Assembly (NCBI GenBank): GCA_021613535.1
Contig: CP075493.1
Coordinates: 3,844,001 to 3,908,000 of the forward strand
DNA: 64,000 nt
Reading direction: 5' to 3'
Origin: Adineta vaga
Lineage: Eukaryota; Animalia; Rotifera
This document shows positions 26,659 to 40,568 of the stretch, one piece after another. The position numbers and the translations under genes were made by a program. Position 1 is the stretch's first letter. Every line of letters starts with the position of its first letter. Below the pieces are notes generated by a model. The model ran no database searches, was not told the origin of the DNA, and saw only the letters and a list, made by a program, of their open reading frames with translations.

Positions 26659-29600
26659 TTATTTCAGTCCAGCTGTCCTACCTAGAATAAGACTAGCTGA
26701 TAATGGTGACATTCGTTCTACTACTTGTCGTATAGCACTAACATCTTGATGAAGACGATTAACAGCTAATTGTAAATCAGTAACACGTTCACCTAAATCT
26801 TGTGGATAAGGTTGAATATGAGTGTCAATAGATGCTGGTAATGCTGGAAGAGTACCAGCACGCGCTTGTTGACGTGGTCCCATCATTGTTGTTGATCGAC
26901 GCGTTGTTGTTGCACTACTTGCAGAACCAGGAAGCATTCGAGTCATAGTCATATTAGTTCTATCAGCTTGTCCTAAGATGGATTCTTCGATTAATTCTCT
27001 CAAACGAGCAATTTCGTCCGTAATAGATAATTGATTATTTGTTGTCACTGTTGGTGTTGATGCTGATTGTTGAGGTACGTTTAACTGTTCTGAAGTAACA
27101 TGGACTGATGGCCGTCGTGATTGAATCGGTGTTGATGTATGTGAATTTTGCACGACAATATCTGGTTGTATTGATTGTTGTTTTGGTATTGATTGAAATT
27201 TATTCAATGTTGTATCGATATCATTAAATTTTTGTTGTAATTGTACACGAAATGTATCAAATTGTACTGTTTGCTTTTCAATCGTTTGCCGAAATGTTAA
27301 ATATGCTTTCGATTGTTGTTCTTCACGTGATTGTCCATAGACATCGAAATTAATATCTTTCCAATGTAATTGTAATGGTGAACAATAACGATGAATAGCT
27401 TCTTGATTTTGTGAACGTTTACGTTTTGATAAACGCCATTCATAATTGAGAATAACTTCTACACGTTCGAGTAGAAAACGTGCTTCCACAGTTGAAAATG
27501 CTTCGGTTTGTAAAGCATTTGATATTAAACCAATAAATATATTAATTGATAATATTGCAGTAAATAATAAATATGTTCCACATACAAATGAAGCAAAATA
27601 ACGATCAATCGCAGTAAATGAATCAATTGGAACTAAACAAATGAACATATGAATATGGTCGAAAGAATACAATGAGAAAAACGAATCTTACTATCATCAA
27701 CTAAAGCAATACGAAAAATCGAAAATAATAATGAATAAAATGTTTCAAATCCATTCGGTTCAATTAATCGACACGCTGATGTTGCATTCATACATCTTTC
27801 ATCGTCATAGCCAGATAATGAACCATTAAAAATATATTGTCCACGATTTCTATATGAATCAGAACTTCCATCATAAGGCGTTTGTAATTCATTAACTGAA
27901 CAATGTAATAAAGCATGTTCACAAATTTCGTGCGATTTTTCATAATCACTATGAAGAACTTGTTGACCGCCAAAAACAGCATAGAAAACAAATGCATATG
28001 GTGCAAGTAGAAACAGAAATACCAAAAGAAAACGTATTATATCATCAAACATCATACGAACCTAAGAAAAAGTCAAGAAGAATTATTTCATTTCATAAGT
28101 AAAAATTAAAAACTAATCTACTTACCATAATAACTAATTCTCCTAATTTAATTTCAACTAATTTCGATTTTAAAGATTTGACTGATATAATAATTGTACG
28201 GAAAAAGACCATAAAACGAAACCATAAACATAGAACTGTTATTGATGCTGTATACATATGTACACGTGCACGTAATACCGTATGTCCACTGATGTCAATT
28301 CCATGTGTGACTGTTGTTAAAACACAAAGTATATAGATAATCCAATCAAATAAATTATTCAAAGAATAATACATATAATAAGATTTGATACGAGTTCTTG
28401 CTCGATCTCGAAAACGTCGAGCAAAACGAGCCAAACGTGATCCACGTCGTTTTGAAGTCGGTGTTGGAAGAAATGGAGTATCAGGAACTGAACCAGGTGC
28501 ATTTTTCCTTTTTAAAATAGTTGGAGGATTGTTTGTTGAATCAGTTGCAGTGACAATCACATCGATCGGTGTTTGTTGAAATGGTTGTGATTCAGTATTT
28601 CGACCTTTGACTGTTGACGGAATTGTTGGTGGTAATGGATGATGTTGAGAATGATGAGAACGAATATTTGGTAACATCGATGAAGATTCATTGATAACAA
28701 TATGTTCAACTTCTCCCGAATCATCATTTAATTTTGCAATACTTCCACTTTTTTTGCCATCTAATTGCGATGATTGTCCAGTTGTCGTCGATTTATATTT
28801 ATTTTTTGATATTAAATCTAAACGTGCATTGGTTCGTTCAGATTCCCATATAAGATAATCTTCATAACGTTGTCGTGCATAAGTAATATCGATCATTTCC
28901 TGTACAATTTTCCATATTAAAAATGCAATACATATCGCCCATAATATACAACGCCAGATATCATGTGGAAAACGATAAACATAACGAACAGGAAATGGTG
29001 TAATTAATGATATACATGTCCATGCTAAAAGAAATACAACTTCAAGTGCCAAACCAATATAGAAATGTCTTGCTGCAAAATTATCCCATTTCCATTTGAT
29101 TAAACCTTTAATTAATGGATGAGTAATAAGATCAAGACGTTCATGATAATAAATAGCTTCTAACGGAGTTATTGAACGCATTAATGTACCATCGGGTCTA
29201 AATTTATGTGTTATGGATGGACGTGGTGCATAAGATGGAACATTTAATAATGATGGTCCAGTTGGATTATTCATTTGAGCAGTTGCTGTTGGTCGACTTA
29301 TCGATGATGAAACAGGATTTGGTGGTACTAATGGAGTTGTAACAGATTTATCGCGACTTTGAGTTTTGACTCGATTCTACAATAAAATAAACGAGAATTA
29401 AAAGAATTAAAAAAACGAAATCAATCAAACCTTTCGAAGATCAGAAGCAATAACTAATTCTTCAATAAGATTTGTTGAATCATTTGAATCGATTGTATCA
29501 AATTCTTCCCTAAAACAAAATTATAAATTAACTTTTTTTTTCCTCTCTTTCACAAAAGATTTCAAAATTAAATTATACCATGGTTCAATATGATCAAGAT

Positions 29601-32600
29601 AGAGATGAACAGCTTTTTGAACTTCATTAACAACAATTAATGAATCCATAATATCAAGTGCAATTGTACTTGATTCGTCACTGAATAATAATGCAAGAAA
29701 AACTTGCATACTATTATCTAATGATTTATACAAGCAAACATTACACTTCTCACATGGACGTAAATGATGTCCTGAGGGTGTTTGAATAAAACCTGTTTGT
29801 TTACAATTGAAACATTGACGTTTGGCTTGTGTTACACCTGTCGGTGAAACACCACAATGACCATCACGTAATGAATGTGATAGATGTTCATAAGATTCTT
29901 TCCATTTAGAATTAATTAATTTAATAATAGCATAATGTTTGAAATCATTTGCTAATTCTAATGGCGTTTTATTTTCATTATTTTTTGTTAACATCATATT
30001 TGCCCAGAACCAAAATTTTACACGAGAAATATTTAAGAAACATGTTAGAGCATTAGGCGTATCTTCTCGAGCTGCAAAAAAAGAAAAGACATATTCAAAT
30101 TTGATTTAATGTCTAATTATAATAACTTTTCTTTTACCTGCAATATGAAGTAAATTGTCTCCATTTGTTAAACTACATTCCGATAAATATGTTAATAATT
30201 CATTATCAGAAATAAATGAAAGTAAAGTTTCAAGTGAAACAGAATTATTTAAATTTAATCTCATATATGTATGAATAATCATATCACCATGTGTTGATGA
30301 ACGTACGCGTAAACAATTTCGATCTTTTTCAATTAATAATCGTACCATTTCATAATTATTCATTTGCATAGCCATTCGTAAATCTGTTGATTGTATACGA
30401 ATTTTTCCTTGATCAAGAAGAAGTTTACAAACATCATCATGATTATATAAAATAGCTAAACTAAGTGGTGATTGACCATCAGCATTTAGTTCATTTATAT
30501 CAACATTCGACGATTTGATTAATGTGCGAACTAATTCGATATTACCTAAAAAGAAGAAAAGCAAAGAAAAATAAATGATTCGTTTTGTCTTTGAACTACC
30601 TTTCTCAGTTGTTAAATGTAAAACTGTATTTTCTCGTATATCTTTAGAATTTTCATCAGCACCATGTCGAATTAAATATCTTGCTAATACACCATTGATA
30701 TTATCAGCACATTCATGTAATGGTGTTCGACCTTGTATATCTAATAAATTTAATTGTTCAGTATTCATTTTGTTGATTAGTAGAGCAGCAACATTGGCTT
30801 TTTCATTTGCACATGCTAAATGTAAGGGAGTTTTGCCCATTTTATTTGTTATTGTTAAATCTAAATGTGCATATTTCATTAATAATTTATACATTCGAAT
30901 ATTATCATCTCTTGCAACAAGATGAAGTGGAGTATTTCCATCTTTATTTGTTAAACTAACATCGCAATTATGTTGAAGAAGATATTGTACAAATGAATAA
31001 TTATCACAAAGAATTGCATCATGTAATGGAGTTTGTCCATCTCGATTTTGTGTATTTAATGATAAAGGATTTGATGTTAAAACACTATCATAAATAAATT
31101 TTTCATCAAGATATTTACAATAATGTAAAGTTGTATTTAATAATGGATCCACAGTATTTATATTCGTGACTTCAATATGTCGAAGAAAAACAGCGATTAA
31201 TTGAAAATTATTTTGTTCTAATGCATCAAGAAATGGTGTACGTCCAAGTTGATTTTGTCGATTGAAATCGGCTGATGTTTCAATTAATTTTTCGACATAT
31301 TTTTCATAATCAATCTCTTTTTTATTGACTAAATAATGTAAAAATGTATTTCCATGTTCATCACATGCATTGATATCTAATGAATGTTCAACTAATAATT
31401 GTATTGCATCAATACTTGGAAAATCACATAATAAGGGTGATCGTGGTAATTGAGAAAAATATCGTTTCCAATTGAAACTCGTGGTTAATTCAAAAAGTGC
31501 TTTCAAACATGAATCATATTGATATTTTACACAAATACAAACAGGTGTTTCCATTGAATTTAAACGTGTACCTTTTTGAAAATCTGCATCATTTTCTAAT
31601 AAAGCTTTTAATGCTTCAATATTATCTTCATAACAACTTATATGTAAAGGTGTACAACCATCTTCATCGAAAACATTTACACGTGCTTTGTAGTTTTTAA
31701 TCAATAAACGTATACTTAAACTATCATTTTTATGTGCAGCAACATGAAGAAGATGTGTTTGACTTGGATAATCTGAATAGAACTTACTTAAAAGGAACGA
31801 TTAAATAGATTCATAAAACATACCAAAATGTGATTCAAATGTTGGAACATTAACATCATCCATAACTTTGAGTAAAATCAAAGCTAAATCTGTATTCCGC
31901 GTTGCTAATGCATAATGTGCTTAAAATAAAAAGAATTTTATTTTTATATTAATTTATACAATCGTTAAATACAATATCTGATGTTTACCATCAAATCATA
32001 AACGAAGGTTACAGAGAAGATATTTGACAAGAAACATATATCAATATAGAATAATTAAATGACAAAATTGTTTTTCTTTTCATCTATCAATAATATCTGA
32101 CATACTAAGTAACTTTACTCTCTAAGTATTTTAATAGCATTCTTACACTTAATAAAACAGTTATGATCTATGAGGCATTACAAACCTGCTGTCCATCCAT
32201 AATCATTTTGTTTATCTGGATCACATCCACCTTTTTTGGTTAAATATTCAACAATATGTATGCATTCAACTGATTGTATTTCAGCACGTGCTAATAAATG
32301 TAATACTGTATTTCCTTCTTCGGTTACTGAATTTAATTGTGAACCATTACGTTCAAATTCTTGAATAACATCTAATGATGGTTGAGGTTCAGAAATAATA
32401 TATGTTAATAAAGCTTTATTTTGTGTTGCAGATGAAACTGAAGAATCAGGAGCATTTGTTCGACCAAAGAGAGTATTTTTTGCATCAGTTAATTTGGAAA
32501 ATATTGATTGTGTAGTTTTAGGTGATGTTGGAATATTCGTTTCATCAGTGACAACTAATGATTGCATTGAGGATGAATGTGATGATTCGTTGGATAGTGG

Positions 32601-34419
32601 TTTATTTGGATCTTGTAATGTTGGATTATCACTATCGTTTGATGAATGCCTATCAAACAAAGACGAGAAAAAAAGACGGATTTTGTAATTTCTAGTATGC
32701 TATTTTGGGTAATGTTAGAGAACTAAATGAATATGAGAAGGTCAAAAACAAAAGAATGTATCTTCGTTAGAACGAAAGGGTAACATGCCTGTGATTTTTT
32801 GAAGATTTATATACAAAGAAAAAAGCGTCTGATAGATCAATTGATAGTTTTTTTTAAAAAAGAAAAAGAAATAGAGTATTTCATTGCTTTCTTTTTTAAC
32901 TGTATATCAATACTTACATATTTGCTGTTTTTCTCTTTTCTGTATGTACTCGATTGTCACTCGATAGAACGAGAAAATGAAGAGGATATCTTTAACTATT
33001 CTCTTATTATTCTAATGATCTAACAGATATAAGATGGAGGGAATGCCACTGTGATATTTGCCATCCGTCTTTCTTTTAGCTTCTAATTTCTCTTGGTTAT
33101 CGATCATTAACTGAATAATTGATCTGGTAAGCTCGACAGACAGTCCTTCACTTCAAAGTAACATAAAATAAATATTTTCTTCGAACAAAAAAAAAAGAAG
33201 AAGAAGAGAAATTTAGTTTTTTAACCAAAAATTGATTGACAAATAGACGTGTCAACATATGATTTGAAAAATTTGAACATCTTCGAAAAACATATATACT
33301 TACGATTGAATAATACTTAATAAAATATTTTATCTAATAAGCAAACGATCGAGTGACTATAAGTAAAGAGAAAGAAATTGATAATTTCACACTAAATCAA
33401 TGAGCTGCTCAAATTTTTCTCGATAATAGACCGTAAAAACCGAGAATACAAAGAAAGAAGATTTTTTATCTTGATAATAAGAAATATAAGCGTAGAAATA
33501 CATTGATGAAAGAGAGATATCCTTAAGGTTCGACAATTCAATCACCTTCTGTTTGATGTTCATAATGAATAAGAGAAAAGAAAACGTGAAGACGATCGTC
33601 TTCAGGTAGATTTAAAAAAATTTTCGTTAGGATGGTCGTTAATTAAAAGGTAATTAAATGCTTGTCGATAGATATCAGAAGAAAACATCAGCCACTTAAA
33701 GATGATATCTTTGATCATTACGATGAAAACGACAAGCAAAGGGAATAAAAACAGATGGTCTAATGACGATGTCATAATGAACGTCGAAAATATCTCTTAA
33801 TCAAATTTGTTATATTCTTTTGCATGAAATATGAATGGACATGGACATGTATAAGATAAATATGTTGAGTTATGGGATAAATCAGCTGCAAAAAGAAAAT
33901 GATGAATGAGATTAAATGACAGAAAAAGAAAATCATTTCTTGTCACGCAATGATATTAAACAGAAAAAAATAGATTTTTTTATTTATCAAAAAATATTTC
34001 AAATGCATAATCAATTCGACTTCATAGATTGGACGATGAATATAATAATTACAATATTTTTCTTTTCGTCTTTTTTTTTCTTAACAGTCATAGGATGTTT
34101 TTGCTTGTTATATGAGATCAAATGATATCATAATAACGAATAACAAAAGATCCTTGCGATACAAGAGAAGGAAATAGAAGTATCAGATATCTATAGATTC
34201 AATTAGTATCAATATTATTATTATTTATTCGAGAAATAATGTATATCTACTGAAGAATAGAATAGTAAGGACTATATCTGGTAATAATTAACATAAAATA
34301 AAGTACTCTACTTAAAACTATTCTGTTTTCTATTACTTCATTAAAATAGACATGTACTTTATCGTTACTTACCAAGGTAAACTAAATGATACCGTCGTTT
34401 GTTTGTCTGATTTTGACAT
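26659..34419 (-). CDS. Ankyrin-repeat TRP cation channel (TRPV-like/TRPA-related)
   Basis: Long ankyrin array (GxTPLHxA repeats), HPLIKGLIKWKW pre-S1 segment, six TM helices, pore FSIFRIALVDD and S6 AILSINIFIGLISNAL. The putative first exon 34373-34419 splices in frame to 32649. Confidence 0.85.
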
Positions 34420-36023
34420 GTGAAGATAATCTCTTGATTACTATCTATCGATTTCAGATGTATTTTCAGATATATATATATATGACAATTAATATCAATG
34501 TCTTTGTCTACTCTATTCTTAATAACAATCAATAAGAAGAGGAAAAAAAGTACTTCTCTACTTAAAACAAGAGTTCATATATGAATTGAATGAATAAATT
34601 TGCACTTGATGATTGATATTATTTCGTGCATTTACTTTTTATCTTCTCCGCCTATAGTAAAAGTCTAAACTAGCAGTTCAGTAGGCGAATGATCGTGTAA
34701 AAAAGGGATTAACATTTATCAAATAGATCTGATATACTTTCTCGTCTTGATTGGTGACTCTCACTAATTATATACAATGAAATACAATTAGTGTAAGTTG
34801 ATATCAAATATCTTAGTAAGAAAGAGAGAAGAAAAAAAGATACACATACAATAAAAGAATATTTACTGTGACTTATAATTATAAATTCAAACAAGTAGAT
34901 ATTAACATACGTTATACTTACTTGTCTAAAATATTTTTGTTAGACATAAATGAATCTTATACAAGTAGATGATGTAAATATCTGTCTGTAAGTTAACAAG
35001 ACGTATAGACGTTAACGTTTATTTTATGAATATATATATATATGCGTGACAATTTTACAAGTTTATTAGTGTGATAGTTATTCTTAGTGTAAATATCACA
35101 AAATAGTTCTAGACATCTCAGTTATCAGACATGTAATTCATTCACCCGTAATCGACAATCCACAGACAAATTATATACCAAAATAGGATGGGATCAATAA
35201 AGAAAAAAGATTATATTCTCACATTCATATTAGAGAAGTTATAATAGCAAAAGTAACTACAAAGTATATTCATCAATGAGACAGAGAGAGAGAGAAATAA
35301 TTTCGGTTAAATCAATTGCATTGAACCGAATATTTCTCATCAATCGAGAATAGTCATTATCGTGAGTCTATTTCTTCACAAATAGAATGCAAAACAAACT
35401 TCACGGATGAATGATTAAGAAATGATAAGATATAAAGTTTTGGGTTTAATTCAATAAAATACATCAACTTACATGATAATACAATAAATGTTAAAATTCA
35501 CGAAAATACGTCATTCAATTTATATAAAAATTGAAGTTGAAGATCAGATCAGCATTTGTTCTTGAATTTGATCAAACAGAGAGTACAATCATATAATCAA
35601 CAAATGTCAGTATGAGTCTAATACGATTCTTGACGAAGATGTTATCTGAGACAATACATAACCTCGTGTTCAATCAGTTCTATCTTTTCTCAGTAATACT
35701 TGTATTCCAGACACGAGTTAAGAAGAACTAGCTAATTGAAAGAATGTTATCCAACGAAGAATAAATAGTTCAGCCAGATAAAGGTTGCTTATATGAAGAC
35801 ATTAAGTATACAGTAATTGCTTCTCGGTCATTGATTATAATTATATTTCCAGAATGAGAATGCTCATTATGAACTTTAACACATGTACGTTTCTTCATTC
35901 GATGATGATTTGAAGAAAATCAACTCTTTCTCTCTCTTTGCATATTTATTACAGAGGAATCCTCATTCATCGAAGCCTCAAAATAATGAATGAATTAGAA
36001 ATATTTGAGTTTGTTTAATGTCG

Positions 36024-36033
36024 ATAGATGGCG
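36024..36033 (+). promoter_or_regulatory. ATAGATGGCG motif upstream of OPA1
   Basis: Exact 10-mer, shortly upstream of the OPA1 start region. Confidence 0.45.
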
Positions 36034-36175
36034 TTCTTGTAAACGAGATCCGCTCTAAATAATCCAATTGGTTTACATATTTGATCCAACAATACGTTTT
36101 TCTAATGCAATGCTACTACAGAACAGATCTATCTATCAGATTTAGATTTTCTAGTTCATTTCCATTAGATCTCAA

Positions 36176-39100
36176 ATGTCGTCACTCTTACGTCTTCGCT
36201 ATTTCATTCTCAGTACAACTGTTGGTGGAAGCTATGTTGTTCATCAAGTAATTTTATTCTTTTGTCAAACTCCGTTACAACTATGATATAAATTTAGAAA
36301 TATAAAGAATTACAAGAGAAATTTCCTGATATGACATGGATAAAAGATTGTATATCTGAACAAAATACCAATATTTTAACAAAGCATTTAACTGACATCA
36401 CTAATTCTGTTTCACAACCTATTTCCGTATGATAATCTTCTTCATAGATTTAATAATACTTTACAATATTTTTTGTCTATCTAGACTAATCTACAGAATC
36501 ATCTTAGATATTTACATGAAACATTCACAACTTATCTGTTAACAGCAATTTCTCCAAGTAGAATCGTTTATGTAATCTATAGGAGATTCTAATGTTGAAT
36601 TCTGTTTTTTTTAAGGATTATTGCTTGCTGGTCCATCGTTCTTTTCAGATGATTATCAGTTAAGACCATCAGGTAAAATGCACAATACTTTCATTTCTTT
36701 TTGATGTATTATTTGTTTCCTTTTTTCTTAGCTGATCTTTTTAATTTGGCAAAAGCGTATGAAAATACTCACGCAATGACTGAAGAACGCGATAAACTAA
36801 GCAAAGTTTGTTCTATTATTTTATAACGTAAATCAATTTTCTTCTGTAGGCTGCGCAATATCAAAATCATGGCCAACAAGAAAAAGTTCAACAAGAAATG
36901 ATGACAATTCAAATAAAATATCAACGTGAAATTGATCGATTAGAAAAAGAATTACAATCATTAAAAAAACAACTTCTTCTTAAACAAGATCGTCATTCAT
37001 CGAGCAAAAAACAACGAAGACTTAAAGTTGATTTGATTTGATTCTTGTACTATATATATATATCTTTTTATTTGTTCTAGAAATCACTGATTGATATGTA
37101 TAGTGAAGTTTTGGATGAATTGAACGAATATGATACTAATTATAATATCCAAGATCATTTACCACGAGTATGTAGATAATATCGAAGATTGAATTGCCGA
37201 AAATGTTTTCTTTTCAACTTAGGTTATTGTTATTGGTGATCAAAGTTCAGGTAAAACCAGTGTATTAGAAATGATCACTCAAGCACGAATATTTCCTCGG
37301 TTTGTTAGAATTTAGTTTGTTTTCTATGAAAATTAATTTCTTCTAGAGGTGCTGGTGAAATGATGACACGTAGTCCAGTCAAAGTAACATTGAGTGAAGG
37401 TCCTTATCATGTTGCCATTTTTAAAGATAATTCAAAAGAATATGATCTAACGAAAGAAACAGATGTATGAATTGAATGAAATTGAAAAGATAAACGTTGA
37501 ATATTTTATTTTGTATATTTAGTTAGCCGCTTTGCGAAAAGAAATTGAACTTCGTATGCGAGCATCAGTCAAAGAAGGTCAAACGATTAGTAATGAAGTT
37601 TGTTGAAAATCGTCTTGATGAATTCGAATGAAATGAATGAAAATATTGTTTTAGGTTATTTCATTGTCAGTTAAAGGTCCCGGTCTTCAACGTATGGTTC
37701 TCGTAGATTTACCTGGAATCATTAGTGTAAATTAATACGAATTTCTTGAATATGAGATTTTGTTTTTCGTTTTAGACAGAAACACTTGGTATGGCATCAG
37801 ATACAAAGAATTCTATTACTCGTTTAGCGAATAGTTACATGTCAAATCCTAATGCAATTATTCTTTGTATTCAAGGTAAAGAATTCTCTTGAAAATATCC
37901 ATTGATGTTAATTATGAAATTCATTAGATGGTAGTGTTGATGCTGAACGTAGTAATGTAACTGAACTTGTTTCAAAAATGGATCCACATGGCAAACGAAC
38001 GATATTCGTTTTGACTAAAGTTGATTTAGCTGAAGCAAATCTTCATGATACTGATCGAGTGAGTAGACGAAAAGAAAAGTTTTCTTAAAAAATTTCTCTC
38101 TTTTTTTGTTTAGATAAAAAAGATTCTTGATGGAAAATTATTTCCAATGAAAGCTTTAGGATATTTTGCAGTCGTTACTGGAAAAGGTTTGATTTTGATT
38201 GTATTTTTCACGAAAGATTTCAACTTTCTATAGGTAGTGCTGATGATCCAATTGAGTCAATACAGAAATATGAAGAAGAATTTTTTCGTAAATCAAAATT
38301 ATTCCGGTATGAACAATTGTTTTATTCGATGATTTTAACTTCTTGATGATAAATTCATTTAGAGATGGCGTATTTAAAGCAACACAAACAACAACACGTA
38401 ATTTAAGTTTTGCTGTTAGTGATTGTTTTTGGAAAATGGTTAAAGATAGTGTTGAACAACAATCAGATACATTTAAAGCAAAACGATTTAATTTAGAAAC
38501 TGAATGGAAAAATAGTTTTACAAAAATTCGTGAACAAGATCGAGTTTGTTCTTTTCATTCAAGTTTCATTTGTGATTGTACTTTCTTTTCAGGATGAATT
38601 ATTTGAAAAAGCTCGCGGAGAAATTCTTGATGAAGTTGTTAATCTTAGTCAAATACCTAGTCGTCAATGGTATATTTTATTTTGAATAATTGTTAAAAGA
38701 TACTTGATTTATTCCTTCTTAGGGAAGAAAATTTATCAAAACATCTCTGGTCAACAATGTCGAATTATATTTTCAATGATGTATTTTCTACTGCTGCTGA
38801 AACGACATCAGTCGGGTAAATGATTTCCTTGAGAATTCTATTTAAATAATTTTGTTTCGTTTTGTTTTTAGTGCTTTTAATACTACAGTTGATGTTAAAT
38901 TAAAACAATGGGCAGAAAAAGAATTACCACATCAATGTGTTCAAATAGGTCATCTTGTTTTATTAGATGAATTTCAATCATTAATTGAACGTGATCAAAA
39001 AAGTCGATCATATGATCCAGTTACACATGATTTGAAAATGCATGTTGTTCAAGCATGTCGATCAAGACATCAGTGGGATGCAAAAGCACTTGATTCACTG

Positions 39101-40189
39101 GTGAGAGAACGAGTGTTTTTTGTTTGTTAGTAATTTCGAATTGAAATGATGATAGAGAGTAATTCAAACTCAAGCATTACAAGATCGAAACGTACCGGAT
39201 AAACAGCAGTGGGAGTCAGCTGTTAAATTCATGGAAAATTCTGTACGAAATGAATTAGAACGTGAAGAATTGGAATTAATGTCAAATACGAATCAAAGTT
39301 CATGGAAGAGATATATTGGTTTAGAAAGATCTACCATAGAAGAAAAGCATCGTCAACAATGTGTTAAAGAATTAGATAAAGTTTTAACTGGAAGAAGACA
39401 ATTAGATCAAACAATGAAACATAATCAGACGGTAAGATTAGATCTTAAACATACATATATATATGAGAAACTTTTGTTTTAGTTTCAATCAACTCTCGAT
39501 CAAGATGAATTGACTACTGTAAAGAAGAATCTTCAAACACAAAAAATTGATGTATCCAATGATTTTGTATGTTTTATTTCTTTCATGTTTTTATTGATTC
39601 GAACATGTGTTTCTTGTCCTAGATTAATGAAACATGGCAACGTGTATATAAAATATATTTTCTCAAACAAAATCTAAATACCTGTGTGGATTGTCGACGA
39701 TTTTTCTATTATTATCAAAAAAGTTTTTCTGATCAGGGTGTATGTTTGTTTAGCTTGGTTATGAAATTAGGATTTATTTTTGTTTTATCTATTCTAGCTT
39801 GATTGTCGTGAGGTTGTATTCTTCTGGCGTTTAAAAAGAATGATTGAAATAACAAGTAATGCTATTCGACAACAAATATCAAATATTGAAAGTATGTTTT
39901 CTCCTATAATGTATATTATTCAAAGAAATTGATGATCGTTTTTTTTTATTCTTAGCTCGACGATTGGAACGAGAAGTGAAAGAAATTTTAGATGATTTCA
40001 GTAGTGATGAAACTTTGAAAGCAAATCTTTTAAAAGGAAAACGAGTTGACTTAGCAGAAGAATTAAGTAAGATATTCTTTCGTTTTTCTAATAAAGGTTC
40101 AAATGAATGATTCTTATATTTCAGAACGTGTTCGACAAGTTCAAGAAAAACTAGAAGAATTCATTGCAGCATTAGGTGCAGAAAAATAA
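36176..40189 (+). CDS. OPA1: Dynamin-like mitochondrial fusion GTPase OPA1
   Basis: [100 protein letters not shown]. About 24 short introns. The true start may lie upstream (~36105). Confidence 0.95.
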
Positions 40190-40568
40190 TCCGGTTGTTC
40201 GATACTTCTTCGATGATTCTAATATGAATTACTCTTTTATGAATTCTTCTAGGAAATCCCCTCATTAGTCTATGTAAACCTATGATCTATTTTCAGTTTT
40301 CTTTTCGTATTCGACGTTATTTTTATGATAAAAGCCAGTAAAAAAATACTATTGCATACACATCAATATCCTCTAGTTATATGTAACACTCGCCATAATA
40401 TAGATTGTATTCAAGAACTCCTTTTATATATTCTCTGAGAAAAGAATACAAAGATGCAGATACATTTCCCTTATTTCTGTCAATATAAAAAAGTATAATA
40501 GAAAGAGAATTTCTTCAAATTACCATTCCACTTGAAAAATTGCTGATAATCATCATGCACGTAGTTCT

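Noticed and set aside
30546-30599. Hydrophobic 'SSKTKRIIYFSLLFFFL' insert within the ankyrin ORF
   Set aside because: It is a 54-bp, stop-free, in-frame GT-AG intron read through by the ORF caller.
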